Assembly (NCBI GenBank): GCA_965214635.1
Contig: OZ243964.1
Coordinates: forward strand, 2,572,764-2,636,763
DNA length: 64,000 nt
Source of the DNA: Dehalococcoidia bacterium
GTDB lineage: Bacteria > Chloroflexota > Dehalococcoidia > Lucifugimonadales > JADFKI01
Direction: 5' to 3'
Shown here: piece after piece, positions 10,055-18,794 of the stretch
How positions within the stretch are numbered: position 1 is the stretch's first letter
Layout: each line of letters opens with the position of its first letter
Position numbers and translations under genes: made by a program
Notes under the pieces: generated by a model
Database searches by the model: none
What the model was told of the DNA's origin: nothing
The model's input: only the letters and a program-made list of their open reading frames with translations

Positions 10055-11032
10055 TCAGCGCCGCACCACCAGTTCGTGGACGGTTTGGTCTGCTCCGCCG
10101 AGGTTGTACTTGTAGCGCTCATTGCCGCGCAGGAAGTCGAAACACTGCCTGCCGCTCTCTATCGCCTCGCGGATGCACAGCGCCTTGTTCAGCAGCCCCA
10201 CGCTGAGGGATGAGTATGCCGGGTCGTAGCCGCTGTTGTACAGCAAGAAGTTGTCGGCGTAGTCGAAGCAGATGCAGGACGCCACCGGCGCATTGTCCAC
10301 TTCTAGGAAGAAGAGGTTGAACTGCCCACGCTCAGCTAGTTCCTGCGCCAGTTCGCCGAAGAACTGCTCGCGCTCGGCTGTGAGGAAGCCGTCTTTGTCT
10401 GGGCTGCTTGCGCGCATCAGCCGAAAGAACTCGGGCATCGCCTCCGCCACTGCGTCCGCATCCGAGACGAAGTACTGCTTGGCGGATGCGCCGTTTTCTA
10501 GGCGGCGCAGCTTGCGGCGCAGTTCGTGGCGGTCTTTCTTTCGCAGCGACATCAAGTATTCGTCCCAAGACGGCTCCAGCGCCTTGAAAGGCGACACATC
10601 CTCATCGCTGATTTCTGCGCGCAAGCCGTGCTGTTCGGCGAGGGCGGGCAGGTGCGTCAATGTGTCCGAGTCGCCCCGCAGCGATTTCAGCATCAGCGTG
10701 TGCCAGTCCATTCGCAGCGCATAGTGCCACACGGCGTCATAGAAGTCGGATTCGCAGCCGCGCCCCACTAGGAAGTCGTGATAGTCGAACAGGTCGGTGT
10801 CGCCGAGGAACGAGAGCGTGTCGCCGCTTATCATCAGCGGCGCGATGCCGAGCAGTGTATCGTCGCGTCGCACGGACAGGATTTGCAGTTCGGCATCGCC
10901 GCCGTATCGCTCCCACCACAGCTGCTGCCACCATGGAGTTACAAATATGGTGTTTGCTGCAGTGTGCGGCAGCAGCGCCTCCCATTCGCAGGCGATGCTC
11001 TCGAAGTTCTCTTGGAGGATACAAATACCCAT
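10055..11032 (-). CDS. CelD/BcsL-like (Acetyltransf_6, Fem-type double GNAT fold) acyltransferase
   Basis: SWDEYLMSLRKKDRHELRRKLRRL, YNSGYDPAYSSLSVG, FDFLRGNERYKY; start ATG 11032 just after the folE stop. Confidence 0.82.
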   Translation of the reverse strand: MGICILQENFESIACEWEALLPHTAANTIFVTPWWQQLWWERYGGDAELQILSVRRDDTLLGIAPLMISGDTLSFLGDTDLFDYHDFLVGRGCESDFYDAVWHYALRMDWHTLMLKSLRGDSDTLTHLPALAEQHGLRAEISDEDVSPFKALEPSWDEYLMSLRKKDRHELRRKLRRLENGASAKQYFVSDADAVAEAMPEFFRLMRASSPDKDGFLTAEREQFFGELAQELAERGQFNLFFLEVDNAPVASCICFDYADNFLLYNSGYDPAYSSLSVGLLNKALCIREAIESGRQCFDFLRGNERYKYNLGGADQTVHELVVRR

Positions 11033-11034
11033 AC

Positions 11035-11592
11035 CTAAATCTCCCTCAGCAGCCATAGGAACTCTTGGCGCGCGGTGGCTTGAGTTCTCAGACTGCCCCT
11101 AGTGGCGGTGGTAACGATTTTGCTGCCGGGCTTGCGAGCGCCCCGCAGCGTCATGCACATGTGCTCTGCGCTGATGACGACCGCAGCGCCGGACGCATCG
11201 AGCGTGTCGTAGATGGTGTCGGCAAGCTGGCCGGTGAGCCGCTCTTGCAGCTGCGGGCGGCGGGCGAGGATGTCCAAGGCGCGGGCGAGCTTGGATGCGC
11301 CGACAACGCGCCCGGTGGGTATGTAGCCGATGTGTGCGCTGCCGTAGAACGGCAAGAAGTGGTGCTCACAAATGGAGTAGAACGGCACATCGCGCAGCAG
11401 CACGGGTTCGTCGTGTGCCTCATCGAAGCTGGTGGACAGCACGCTTGCGGCGTCTTTGCCGATGCCGCAGAAGAACTCGCCGTACATCTCGGCGACACGG
11501 CGCGGGGTGTCTGCCAAGCCCTCGCGCTTCGGGTCTTCGCCGATGCCGAGCAGGATTGCCCGTACGCCGTCTCTTATCGTGTCATAGTCCAT
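11035..11592 (-). CDS. folE: GTP cyclohydrolase I
   Basis: GEDPKREGLADTPRRVA, SICEHHFLPF, RRPQLQERL, HMCMTLRG. Confidence 0.95.
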   Translation of the reverse strand: MDYDTIRDGVRAILLGIGEDPKREGLADTPRRVAEMYGEFFCGIGKDAASVLSTSFDEAHDEPVLLRDVPFYSICEHHFLPFYGSAHIGYIPTGRVVGASKLARALDILARRPQLQERLTGQLADTIYDTLDASGAAVVISAEHMCMTLRGARKPGSKIVTTATRGSLRTQATARQEFLWLLREI

Positions 11593-11787
11593 TTAGAAAG
11601 CCAGTCTGTCGGTTCGTCTGGGTTAAAACGCAGTTCTGGGATGAAGCCGTGTCAGATTATATATCGTTCAAGGCTAAACAGGGTTTAATTTTTGCGTGTT
11701 TCGTGCCGAAAGACTCTCGGACTATCTGTATGTTGGCGGTTTGGATGTGCAAGGCGGATGGATGTGGGCGATGCTGTGTGCAAAAGG

Positions 11788-12843
11788 CTACGCCAAATTC
11801 AGGTAGCGCTCTATGGCGGCGAGGTCGGCGGGATGCTCGGTCATGGATGCGGGCGGGACGGATACTGCGGTGTCCGGGTCTTTGAGGCCATTGCCGGTGA
11901 TGACGCACACGATTTTGCTTTGGTCAAAGCGCATGCCGCCGCGAGCCAGCTTCAGCAAGCCTGCAACAGAGGCTGCCGACGCCGGTTCGCAGAATATGCC
12001 CTCCTGCCGCGCCATAAGTGTGTACGCTTCCATGATTTCGTCGTCGGTTACGGCGTCTATCAGCCCGTTGGACTCGTCGCGCGCCCTGACCGCCTTCTTC
12101 CAGCTTGCGGGGTTGCCCACGCGGATGGCTGATGCGATGGTCTCCGGCGCCTCTATGGGATAGCCGTTGACGATGGCAGCCGCCCCCGCCGCCTCGAAGC
12201 CCATCATTTGGGGCAGCGTGTCCGCCCACCCGAGCTGGTGCGCCTCACTGAAGCCCATCCAGTACGAAGTGATGTTGCCTGCGTTGCCCACGGGGATGAA
12301 CAGGTAGTCCGGCGCATAGCCCAAGTCTTGTACTATCTCAAACGCCGCCGTCTTCTGTCCTTGCAGACGATATGGGTTGAGCGAGTTGACCAGCACGACG
12401 GGGTGCTTGTCGGCTAGGCGGCGCACGATGGCGAGCGCATCGTCGAAGTTGCCATCTATGAGCAATATGCGCGCGCCGTAGGTGATGGCTTGGGCGAGCT
12501 TGCCGCGCGCCACATAGTTCTTCGGGACGAATATGATGGTGTCCAAGCCGTAGCGCGCGCCGTACGCCGCCGCCGATGCGCTCGTGTTGCCCGTGGATGC
12601 GCAGACAATGGCGCTGCCGCCGTGTTCCAGCGCCTTTGCGACGGCGACCACCATGCCCCTGTCCTTGAACGAACCGGTGGGGTTGCAGCTTTCCAGCTTG
12701 AAGTAAAGCTCGGCGCAGCCGACCTCATCCGCCACGCTGTCAGACTTCACGAGCGGGGTATCGCCCTCGCCCAAAGTGAACATCGGCGTGTCGTCGGTTA
12801 CGGGCAGATAGTCCTTGTAGCGTTCCAGAACTCCCGTAATCAT
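11788..12843 (-). CDS. thrC: Threonine synthase
   Basis: LGEGDTPL, NPTGSFKDRG (PLP lysine), CASTGNTSAS, PVGNAGNI, TGNGLKD; start trimmed to ATG 12843. Confidence 0.93.
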   Translation of the reverse strand: MITGVLERYKDYLPVTDDTPMFTLGEGDTPLVKSDSVADEVGCAELYFKLESCNPTGSFKDRGMVVAVAKALEHGGSAIVCASTGNTSASAAAYGARYGLDTIIFVPKNYVARGKLAQAITYGARILLIDGNFDDALAIVRRLADKHPVVLVNSLNPYRLQGQKTAAFEIVQDLGYAPDYLFIPVGNAGNITSYWMGFSEAHQLGWADTLPQMMGFEAAGAAAIVNGYPIEAPETIASAIRVGNPASWKKAVRARDESNGLIDAVTDDEIMEAYTLMARQEGIFCEPASAASVAGLLKLARGGMRFDQSKIVCVITGNGLKDPDTAVSVPPASMTEHPADLAAIERYLNLA

Positions 12844-13199
12844 CGTGCTCTGTGCAGCCTTGTCTTTCAGATTTGCCAAGCACAGGCGAATGGAGCGCTT
12901 GGCATGCCTTTTAGTGTGTGAATATGCAGATGCGCAACTCACACACCCGCATCGGTCGGGCATCCTAACTTGTTTGCCACAAACTTGTCTGATTTTATCA
13001 CACTTATCGGGAAGTTTTCAGTCATTGGGGGAGGGCAGGCATTCCCAGTCTGCGGTGGTGTCTACGCAGTGTCTGCCAAGTAAATCTGACGCCGAACATG
13101 CGGGTTCAACCTCAGGTGTATTTTATCATTATAGTCAGCCCGCCCGCTTATCCTTTCCCTGTTCATCCGATTGTGGGCAGCAGGGGCTGCCTGTCTGCC

Positions 13200-13229
13200 T
13201 TGAAATCCCATCGCCGTAACTAATACAAT
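13200..13229 (+). promoter_or_regulatory. Sigma70-type promoter for hpf
   Basis: TTGAAA-N18-TACAAT upstream of hpf. Confidence 0.55.
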
Positions 13230-13300
13230 ATAGGTTCACGCCACAGAGTGCTTATCGGGTGGCGGGCTGGCAATGAACCTTACATTAGAGAGCGCGGAGG

Positions 13301-13897
13301 ATGCCTATGGAGATGCAGATTTTCGCTCGCAATATAAAGCTGAACAGCGGGTCTGAAGACTACATTCGCAAGAAGATGGCGCGTCTTGAGCGGCACTTGC
13401 GCGAGGATGCCGACGGCAAGCTGGAGCTTTCGCGCACGGCGGCACGCTCGCAGATGGATCGGTTCGTGGCGCAGATGACGCTCAACGCAAGCGGCGCAAC
13501 CCTGCGAGGTCAAGAGTCGGCATCCAACCTGCACGCCGCCATAGACGCCGTTGCCGATGTGATGGACAAGCAGATTCGCCGCTACAAGGGCAAGGTGTAT
13601 CGAAACGCACAGGCTCGCAAGTCGGCGCGCAACCGCATGATGCGCGAGGACGCCAATGCGCTGCTCGCCGATGTGGACGACGAAGACGAACAGGACGAAA
13701 CCCTTGCTCAGCTCGGCAAGGTCGTGCGCCTCAAGCGCTTCGCCATGAAGCCGATGACTGTCGAGGACGCCGTGATGGAGATGGAACTGCTCGACCACGA
13801 CTTCTTCTTGTTCCACAACATAGACACTAGCGAGTACGGCGTGGTCTATCGCCGCAGCGATGGCGACTACGGCGTCATAGAGCCGACCATTGGCTAG
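13301..13897 (+). CDS. hpf: Long-form ribosome hibernation promoting factor (HPF/RaiA)
   Basis: S30AE domain (LHAAIDAVADVMDKQIRRYKGK) plus C-terminal KPMTVEDAVMEMELLDHDFFLF...VVYRRSDGDYGVIEP. Confidence 0.93.
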   Translation: MPMEMQIFARNIKLNSGSEDYIRKKMARLERHLREDADGKLELSRTAARSQMDRFVAQMTLNASGATLRGQESASNLHAAIDAVADVMDKQIRRYKGKVYRNAQARKSARNRMMREDANALLADVDDEDEQDETLAQLGKVVRLKRFAMKPMTVEDAVMEMELLDHDFFLFHNIDTSEYGVVYRRSDGDYGVIEPTIG

Positions 13898-14522
13898 CGC
13901 AACTGGTGCGGATGCATTGCGAACGGACTTGCCGCAAACCTTCCTCCAAGAACTGGTGGTTCTGGAAGCCTCTTACCTGAAAGAGACCGACCCCATTCGG
14001 CAATCCGGCTTCAGCGGCGGCGCAAAGCGATGGCGGGCAGAGCGCGAGCCTATTCTAGACGCTATCGAGTCAGACGGCGACCTGCTGGACATCGGATGCG
14101 CCAACGGCTATCTCTTGAAGTGCCTGCTGAGCTGGGGGCGCGAGCGCGGGCTGAACCTGATTCCGCACGGGCTTGATCAAGGCGCTGAACTGGTTGAGCT
14201 TGCTAGGCAGCGCCTGTCGGGATACGAAGGCAACATCCACACGGGCAATGTGTGGGGTTGGCGACCGCCTAGAAAGTACAAGTATGTCTATATGCTGTGC
14301 GACTGCGTTCCTCCGAGTTATCTGGCAGAATGTGTGCGTAGCCTTTTGGACTGCGTGGTGGAGCCGGCAGGTCGTCTCATAATCGGTTCTTACGGGAGCA
14401 GGTCTGACGGAATTCGCCCTATGGATGTGGCTGCGTTCTTCGAATCCGTCGGACTGCAAGCCACAGGCGAGGCGCGCGGGGGAAGCCCGCCCGTAACGGC
14501 GTTTGCGTGGGTAGATGCGTAG
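13890..14522 (+). CDS. Class I SAM-dependent methyltransferase
   Basis: LLDIGCANGYLL, HGLDQ; overlaps the hpf stop. Confidence 0.8.
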   Translation: MASATGADALRTDLPQTFLQELVVLEASYLKETDPIRQSGFSGGAKRWRAEREPILDAIESDGDLLDIGCANGYLLKCLLSWGRERGLNLIPHGLDQGAELVELARQRLSGYEGNIHTGNVWGWRPPRKYKYVYMLCDCVPPSYLAECVRSLLDCVVEPAGRLIIGSYGSRSDGIRPMDVAAFFESVGLQATGEARGGSPPVTAFAWVDA

Positions 14523-14565
14523 ATGCGCGAGGATGGGGATTGAAGATGGATAAGGAGGCTGTACA

Positions 14566-15810
14566 TTGAGTTCACTGATGCAGCAAGACCCTGAGATAGC
14601 CCGGGCTATCGAGAACGAGATAGAGCGGCAGCGCAGCAGCATCAACCTCATCGCATCGGAGAACTATGCGAGCAGGGCGGTGCTGGAAGCGCAAGGCTGC
14701 GTGATGACTAACAAGTACGCCGAGGGCTATCCCGGCAGGCGTTACTACGGCGGCTGCGAGTTCATAGACGCAGCAGAGCGCCTCGCCATCGGGCGCGCAA
14801 AGACGCTGTTCGGCGCAGAACACGCCAATGTGCAGCCACACAGCGGCGCGCAGGCGAACATGGCGGCGTACTTCGCCACGCTCACACCCGGCGACACCAT
14901 CATGGGCATGAGCCTAGACCAAGGCGGACACCTTACGCACGGCGCATCGGTCAACTTCTCTGCCAAGATATACGACATCGTGCCGTACGGCGTTGACCGC
15001 GAGCTGGAGACCATCGACTACGACGAGGTGGAGCGGCTGGCAAAAGAGAATCGCCCCAAGCTCATCGTTACCGGCGCAAGCGCATACACCCGCATCATAG
15101 ACTTCCCGCGCTTTCGTGCCATCGCCGACGAGGTGGATGCCAAGCTGATGGTGGACATGGCGCACATCGCTGGGCTTGTGGCGGCGGACGAACACCCCTC
15201 GCCCGTGCCGCATGCCGAGATAGTAACCACTACCACGCACAAGACGCTGCGGGGGCCGCGCGGCGGGATGATACTCTGCGATGAGCAGCATCGGCGCGCC
15301 GTGAACAGCGCCGTGTTCCCGAACATGCAGGGTGGGCCGTTGGAGCACATCATCGCCGCGAAGGCTGTGGCGTTCCGCGAGGCGATGACGCCGGAGTTCA
15401 CTGCATACCAGCGCGCCATACGCGCCAACGCCCTTGCGCTCGCCGACGAGCTGCGCGCAGGCGGTCTGCGCCTCGTGTCCGGCGGCACAGACAACCACAT
15501 CGTGCTAGTGGATCTCACGCCCGCAGACATCACGGGGCGGCAGGCTGAAGAAGCGCTCGGCGAGGCGAACATCGTGGTGAACCGCAACGCCATTCCCTAC
15601 GACCAAAAGCCGCCGCGCACGGCAAGCGGCTTGCGGCTCGGGACGCCCGCCATCACCAGCCGTGGGATGGGCGAAGCAGAGGCGCGGCACATCGGCAGGC
15701 TCATCCTTCGCGTGCTCGCAAGCCCGAACAGCGACGCTGTGAAGCGCTCCGTCCACGACGAGGCGCTCGCCCTGTGCGCCCGACACCCAGCGCCGGGCAT
15801 CGACGCATAA
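14566..15810 (+). CDS. glyA: Serine hydroxymethyltransferase
   Basis: [36 protein letters not shown]; TTG start after AAGGAGG. Confidence 0.97.
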   Translation: MSSLMQQDPEIARAIENEIERQRSSINLIASENYASRAVLEAQGCVMTNKYAEGYPGRRYYGGCEFIDAAERLAIGRAKTLFGAEHANVQPHSGAQANMAAYFATLTPGDTIMGMSLDQGGHLTHGASVNFSAKIYDIVPYGVDRELETIDYDEVERLAKENRPKLIVTGASAYTRIIDFPRFRAIADEVDAKLMVDMAHIAGLVAADEHPSPVPHAEIVTTTTHKTLRGPRGGMILCDEQHRRAVNSAVFPNMQGGPLEHIIAAKAVAFREAMTPEFTAYQRAIRANALALADELRAGGLRLVSGGTDNHIVLVDLTPADITGRQAEEALGEANIVVNRNAIPYDQKPPRTASGLRLGTPAITSRGMGEAEARHIGRLILRVLASPNSDAVKRSVHDEALALCARHPAPGIDA

Positions 15811-15946
15811 GCCGTTCAGCCTGCCAGAGCCGCCTCCCCCCTGTGTTACTTGTATTGGGAAATGTCCGTTAGGCATCTGGGGCATAGCCCTGTCGGGGTG
15901 AATCCCGCCAATTGGATGGGGGCGGGCGGAACAGCGAGACGAAATA

Positions 15947-16657
15947 TTAGCCGCCGCTTGGCTCGATGAAGCCGTAGCCCACATTGTTCACAGTGCGGAT
16001 GCAGTCGCTGCCGCGTGCGCCGAGCTTGTGCCGCAGCCGTCGAATGTGCACATCTACCGTCCGTGTGTGGCCGTAGTGCTTATGCCCCCAGACGCTGGAT
16101 AGCAGATGCTCTCGCGTGAACACCCGCCCGGCGTTCTGCATCAGGTAGCGCAGCAACTGGAACTCCATCCATGCCAGCTTGATAGGCTTGCCGTCCACGG
16201 TTACGCGGTATTTATCCGTGTCGATGACGATTGCGCCCACGCCGAGCAGGGACGAATCGCGCGCTCTTGCCCGATGTGTCAGGCGCTCGATACGCTTGCC
16301 CAGCTCCGCCGCCGAGCAGGATGCTGCCACGAAATCGTCAAAGGCGAGGTATAGGTCTTCCCCCTCGGCTTCGGTAGCAGACAGGCAGCGCAGGAACGGC
16401 GGCAGTATGCGGGTGAGGGACTTCTTGCTGCGGAGGCTTGCGATGATGGATGGGGAGAAGCCGGGCCCGACGATGACCAGTGCGGGTGCAACTTCCTCGA
16501 TGCGGGTTTCTAGGCTGGCGCCGCCGTCAAGCGGCACTGTCAGCACTGTCCCAGCAGCGTTCAGCGCATCCAACGCCCCGCCGATGATGGCGCGCCCTTC
16601 GTCTGCCACGAGCACGGTCTGTGCCGCATCCGTCATGGCGTTCGCATCAGCTAGCAT
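15947..16657 (-). CDS. OmpR/PhoB winged-helix regulator with degenerate receiver domain, GlnR-like
   Basis: EFQLLRYLMQNAGRVFTREHLLSSVWG...TRTVDVHIRRLRHKLG; receiver lacks canonical phospho-Asp and KP motifs; no kinase adjacent; near amt/gln/glt genes. Confidence 0.75.
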   Translation of the reverse strand: MLADANAMTDAAQTVLVADEGRAIIGGALDALNAAGTVLTVPLDGGASLETRIEEVAPALVIVGPGFSPSIIASLRSKKSLTRILPPFLRCLSATEAEGEDLYLAFDDFVAASCSAAELGKRIERLTHRARARDSSLLGVGAIVIDTDKYRVTVDGKPIKLAWMEFQLLRYLMQNAGRVFTREHLLSSVWGHKHYGHTRTVDVHIRRLRHKLGARGSDCIRTVNNVGYGFIEPSGG

Positions 16658-16750
16658 AATCCGCCGCAGCGCAGCTCTTTCGGCGCACCTTACGGCATAT
16701 TCCTCCTCATAACCGCATCGAGAGCATCGTCTTTATGTTGACGCCTGCAT

Positions 16751-16788
16751 GTTTCGTTGCGGTTACAAGGATGTGAATTTTTTGTAAA
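16751..16788 (-). promoter_or_regulatory. GlnR-type operator array (4 sites), candidate autoregulation
   Basis: Minus strand TTTAC-n6-TTCAC-n6-GTAAC-n6-GAAAC. Confidence 0.7.
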
Positions 16789-16863
16789 AAGAGCCTGCTA
16801 TGTCGGGCGAATTGCGTCTAGCCCTAGTCCGCGCAGGTGGCTTGTTTGAGCGTCGGGTGCGCC

Positions 16864-17733
16864 TTACTTGAGCTTTGCAAGCGCCTTGAGGGCTGCCTGC
16901 GCCGCCGCCGTTTCAGCCGCCTTCTTGCCCTTTCCACTGCCCTTGCCCAGAATCCTGCCGTTCACACACACCTCTACGGTGAAGGTCATAGCGTTGCTCT
17001 TGCCGCGCTTATCCGTAACGCGATATTGGGGCAAGACGCCGTACTTCGCCTGCACCAGTTCTTGCAGTGCAGATTTTGGGTGCTTGCCGCCAGTGTTGAG
17101 CGGCTTTTTGTTGGGCTTGGCTTTAGCAGTTTGCTTGGGCGGCGCTGTTACCTGATCGTACGCATCATCTATGGCGTCATCCAAGACTCTCAAACAGAAT
17201 GTGCGTGCTTCGGGATAGCCCTTGTCCGAGAAGATTGCGCCCACCACAGCCTCGAATGCGCCGGCAAGGTTGCTGTTTCGATTGCGCCCGCCGCTGCGCT
17301 CTTCGCCCCTGCCCATCAGAAGGTAATCGCCAAGATCCAGCGACCGGGCTACGCGCGCCAGTGTCTTGCCGTTCACCACCCGCTGGCGAATCAGCGTCAT
17401 CTCGCCCTCGCTCAGTTCCTCGTCGTCATCTTCGTTCTCGTTCTTGTGGTGGTAGGGATAGTAGGGGGAGGGGGAGGGGTCTTCCTCTCCGCACAGGTCT
17501 TCGGCGACTGCCAACCCTATGACGGCATCGCCCAGAAACTCTAGGCGCTCGTTGTCCTCGCCGTCGTAGTCGTGGTTTTCGTTCAAGTATGAGCTGTGTG
17601 TGAGCGCAGTGGTCAGCAGTTTGGTGTTGCGGAAGTTCACGCCCAGAGTTCGCTGAATCTGCGTAAGTTGCTGCCAGTCGAATGGCTGGTTCTCTAGGGC
17701 AGATCGGAGGAACACGAGTGCGGCCGGTACCAT
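16864..17733 (-). CDS. rnc: Ribonuclease III
   Basis: ALTHSSY, NERLEFLGDAV, AFEAVVGAIF, dsRBD PKSALQELVQ...GKGKKAAETAAA; start uncertain. Confidence 0.92.
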   Translation of the reverse strand: MVPAALVFLRSALENQPFDWQQLTQIQRTLGVNFRNTKLLTTALTHSSYLNENHDYDGEDNERLEFLGDAVIGLAVAEDLCGEEDPSPSPYYPYHHKNENEDDDEELSEGEMTLIRQRVVNGKTLARVARSLDLGDYLLMGRGEERSGGRNRNSNLAGAFEAVVGAIFSDKGYPEARTFCLRVLDDAIDDAYDQVTAPPKQTAKAKPNKKPLNTGGKHPKSALQELVQAKYGVLPQYRVTDKRGKSNAMTFTVEVCVNGRILGKGSGKGKKAAETAAAQAALKALAKLK

Positions 17734-17896
17734 AGCACGAAACTCCTTGAGTTCAAGGCAAAGAATTCGGTTTGGCAGCCTCCAAGCATCAAGACTTTTG
17801 CAGGGCTTGATAGTTCGAGGCTGACGGTATGTGTTGTGTTGCCGGTTGGGGGAGCGCCGCCGTTGCGCCTTACCCCCAACCGGCGTGAGCGGCTTG

Positions 17897-18550
17897 CTAG
17901 TCTAGCACGCCCTTGGGCCACGGTGGCTGCGGGCGCTTGATTTCGCCGAAGTAGTTGCGATGGCTTGCGATTGCGATGTAGTGCTCAAACGAGGCTACGG
18001 CGTCTTCATCAGACGGGATGAACGCCTTGAGATAGGCGGTGTTGCCGTTCTCGAACACATATGTGGGCGTGCCGAAAATGCCCTGCGAGACGGCTTCTTC
18101 GTGGTCTGCGCCGATGGTCTTGCGAAGCTCAGGGTCTTGCATATCCTCGCGCATCTGTGCGGTGTCCAAGCCCACGCTTTCGGCAAGCTCTAGTATCGGC
18201 TCGGAGTCGTTGAGGGGTATGCGCCCCCCGCTGCCATGCCGTGCCGTGAGCAGCGCAAGGTGGAACTTGGCGTGCGCTTCCTTGCCCTGCCTGCGCGCTG
18301 CCTCCGCCGCAATCTGCGCTATCAGCGAGCGCCCCTGCGTGGCGTCATCCTCGTCCCACACCTTCCAGTCGGAATCTGTGCCCTCTGCCTTCTGCTTCAG
18401 CGTGAAGGCGTTCTGCTCAAGCGAGAAGTTCTTCCATGTGATGTCCAAGTCTTCCCCGTACTCGCGGTGCACCTTATCCAGCCACACGGCTGTATTGTAC
18501 ACCCAGGGTCAGGCGTAGTCCCCGTATATCTGCATTCGGATTTTCTGCAT
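17897..18550 (-). CDS. Putative selenoprotein, DsbA/thioredoxin fold, Rv2466c (mycoredoxin-2)-like; Sec at codon 14
   Basis: AAAGGAG SD, ATG 18550, MQKIRMQIYGDYA-TGA(18511-18509)-PWVYNTAVWL in frame with ORF 17897..18502; cis-Pro GTPT; C-terminal FGEIKRP; hairpin 3' of the TGA. Confidence 0.8.
18466..18503 (-). promoter_or_regulatory. SECIS-like hairpin
   Basis: GGUGUAC/GUGCACC lower stem, CAGCC/GGCUG upper stem, GUGU apical loop 21 nt after the UGA. Confidence 0.65.
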
Positions 18551-18671
18551 AGCCGAATCTCCTTTGTTAATGTCTGTCCGATTCGCCGTTTTAGGGGGTA
18601 GATCCCTAATGCGCTTGGTCAGATTGTAATTAGAGACTGACGCTTTGTCAAAACCCAGCGGACGCCATCGG

Positions 18672-18731
18672 GTAATACATTTTTAACACTTGTGCAACAT
18701 TTATGTTACATATGCTTAACATCGTGGAAAC
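18672..18731 (+). promoter_or_regulatory. GlnR-type operator array (6 sites) upstream of amt
   Basis: GTAAT-n6-TTAAC-n6-GCAAC-n6-GTTAC-n6-TTAAC-n6-GAAAC, exact 11-bp phasing. Confidence 0.8.
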
Positions 18732-18794
18732 AAACTAGGCTTAATCTTTACGGGAGTTATTACAAACCCTAGTGGTATAGCAAGGAGAGGGACG

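Noticed and set aside
11593-11700. Riboswitch (THF, preQ1 or ZTP) in the folE leader
   Set aside because: The leader after a TATAAT box is short and I could not match any known consensus
16690-16710. Strong SD GAGGAGG followed by ATG-CCG-TAA upstream of the GlnR-like gene
   Set aside because: SD spacing is only 3 nt and the mini-ORF is out of frame with the regulator; no further support
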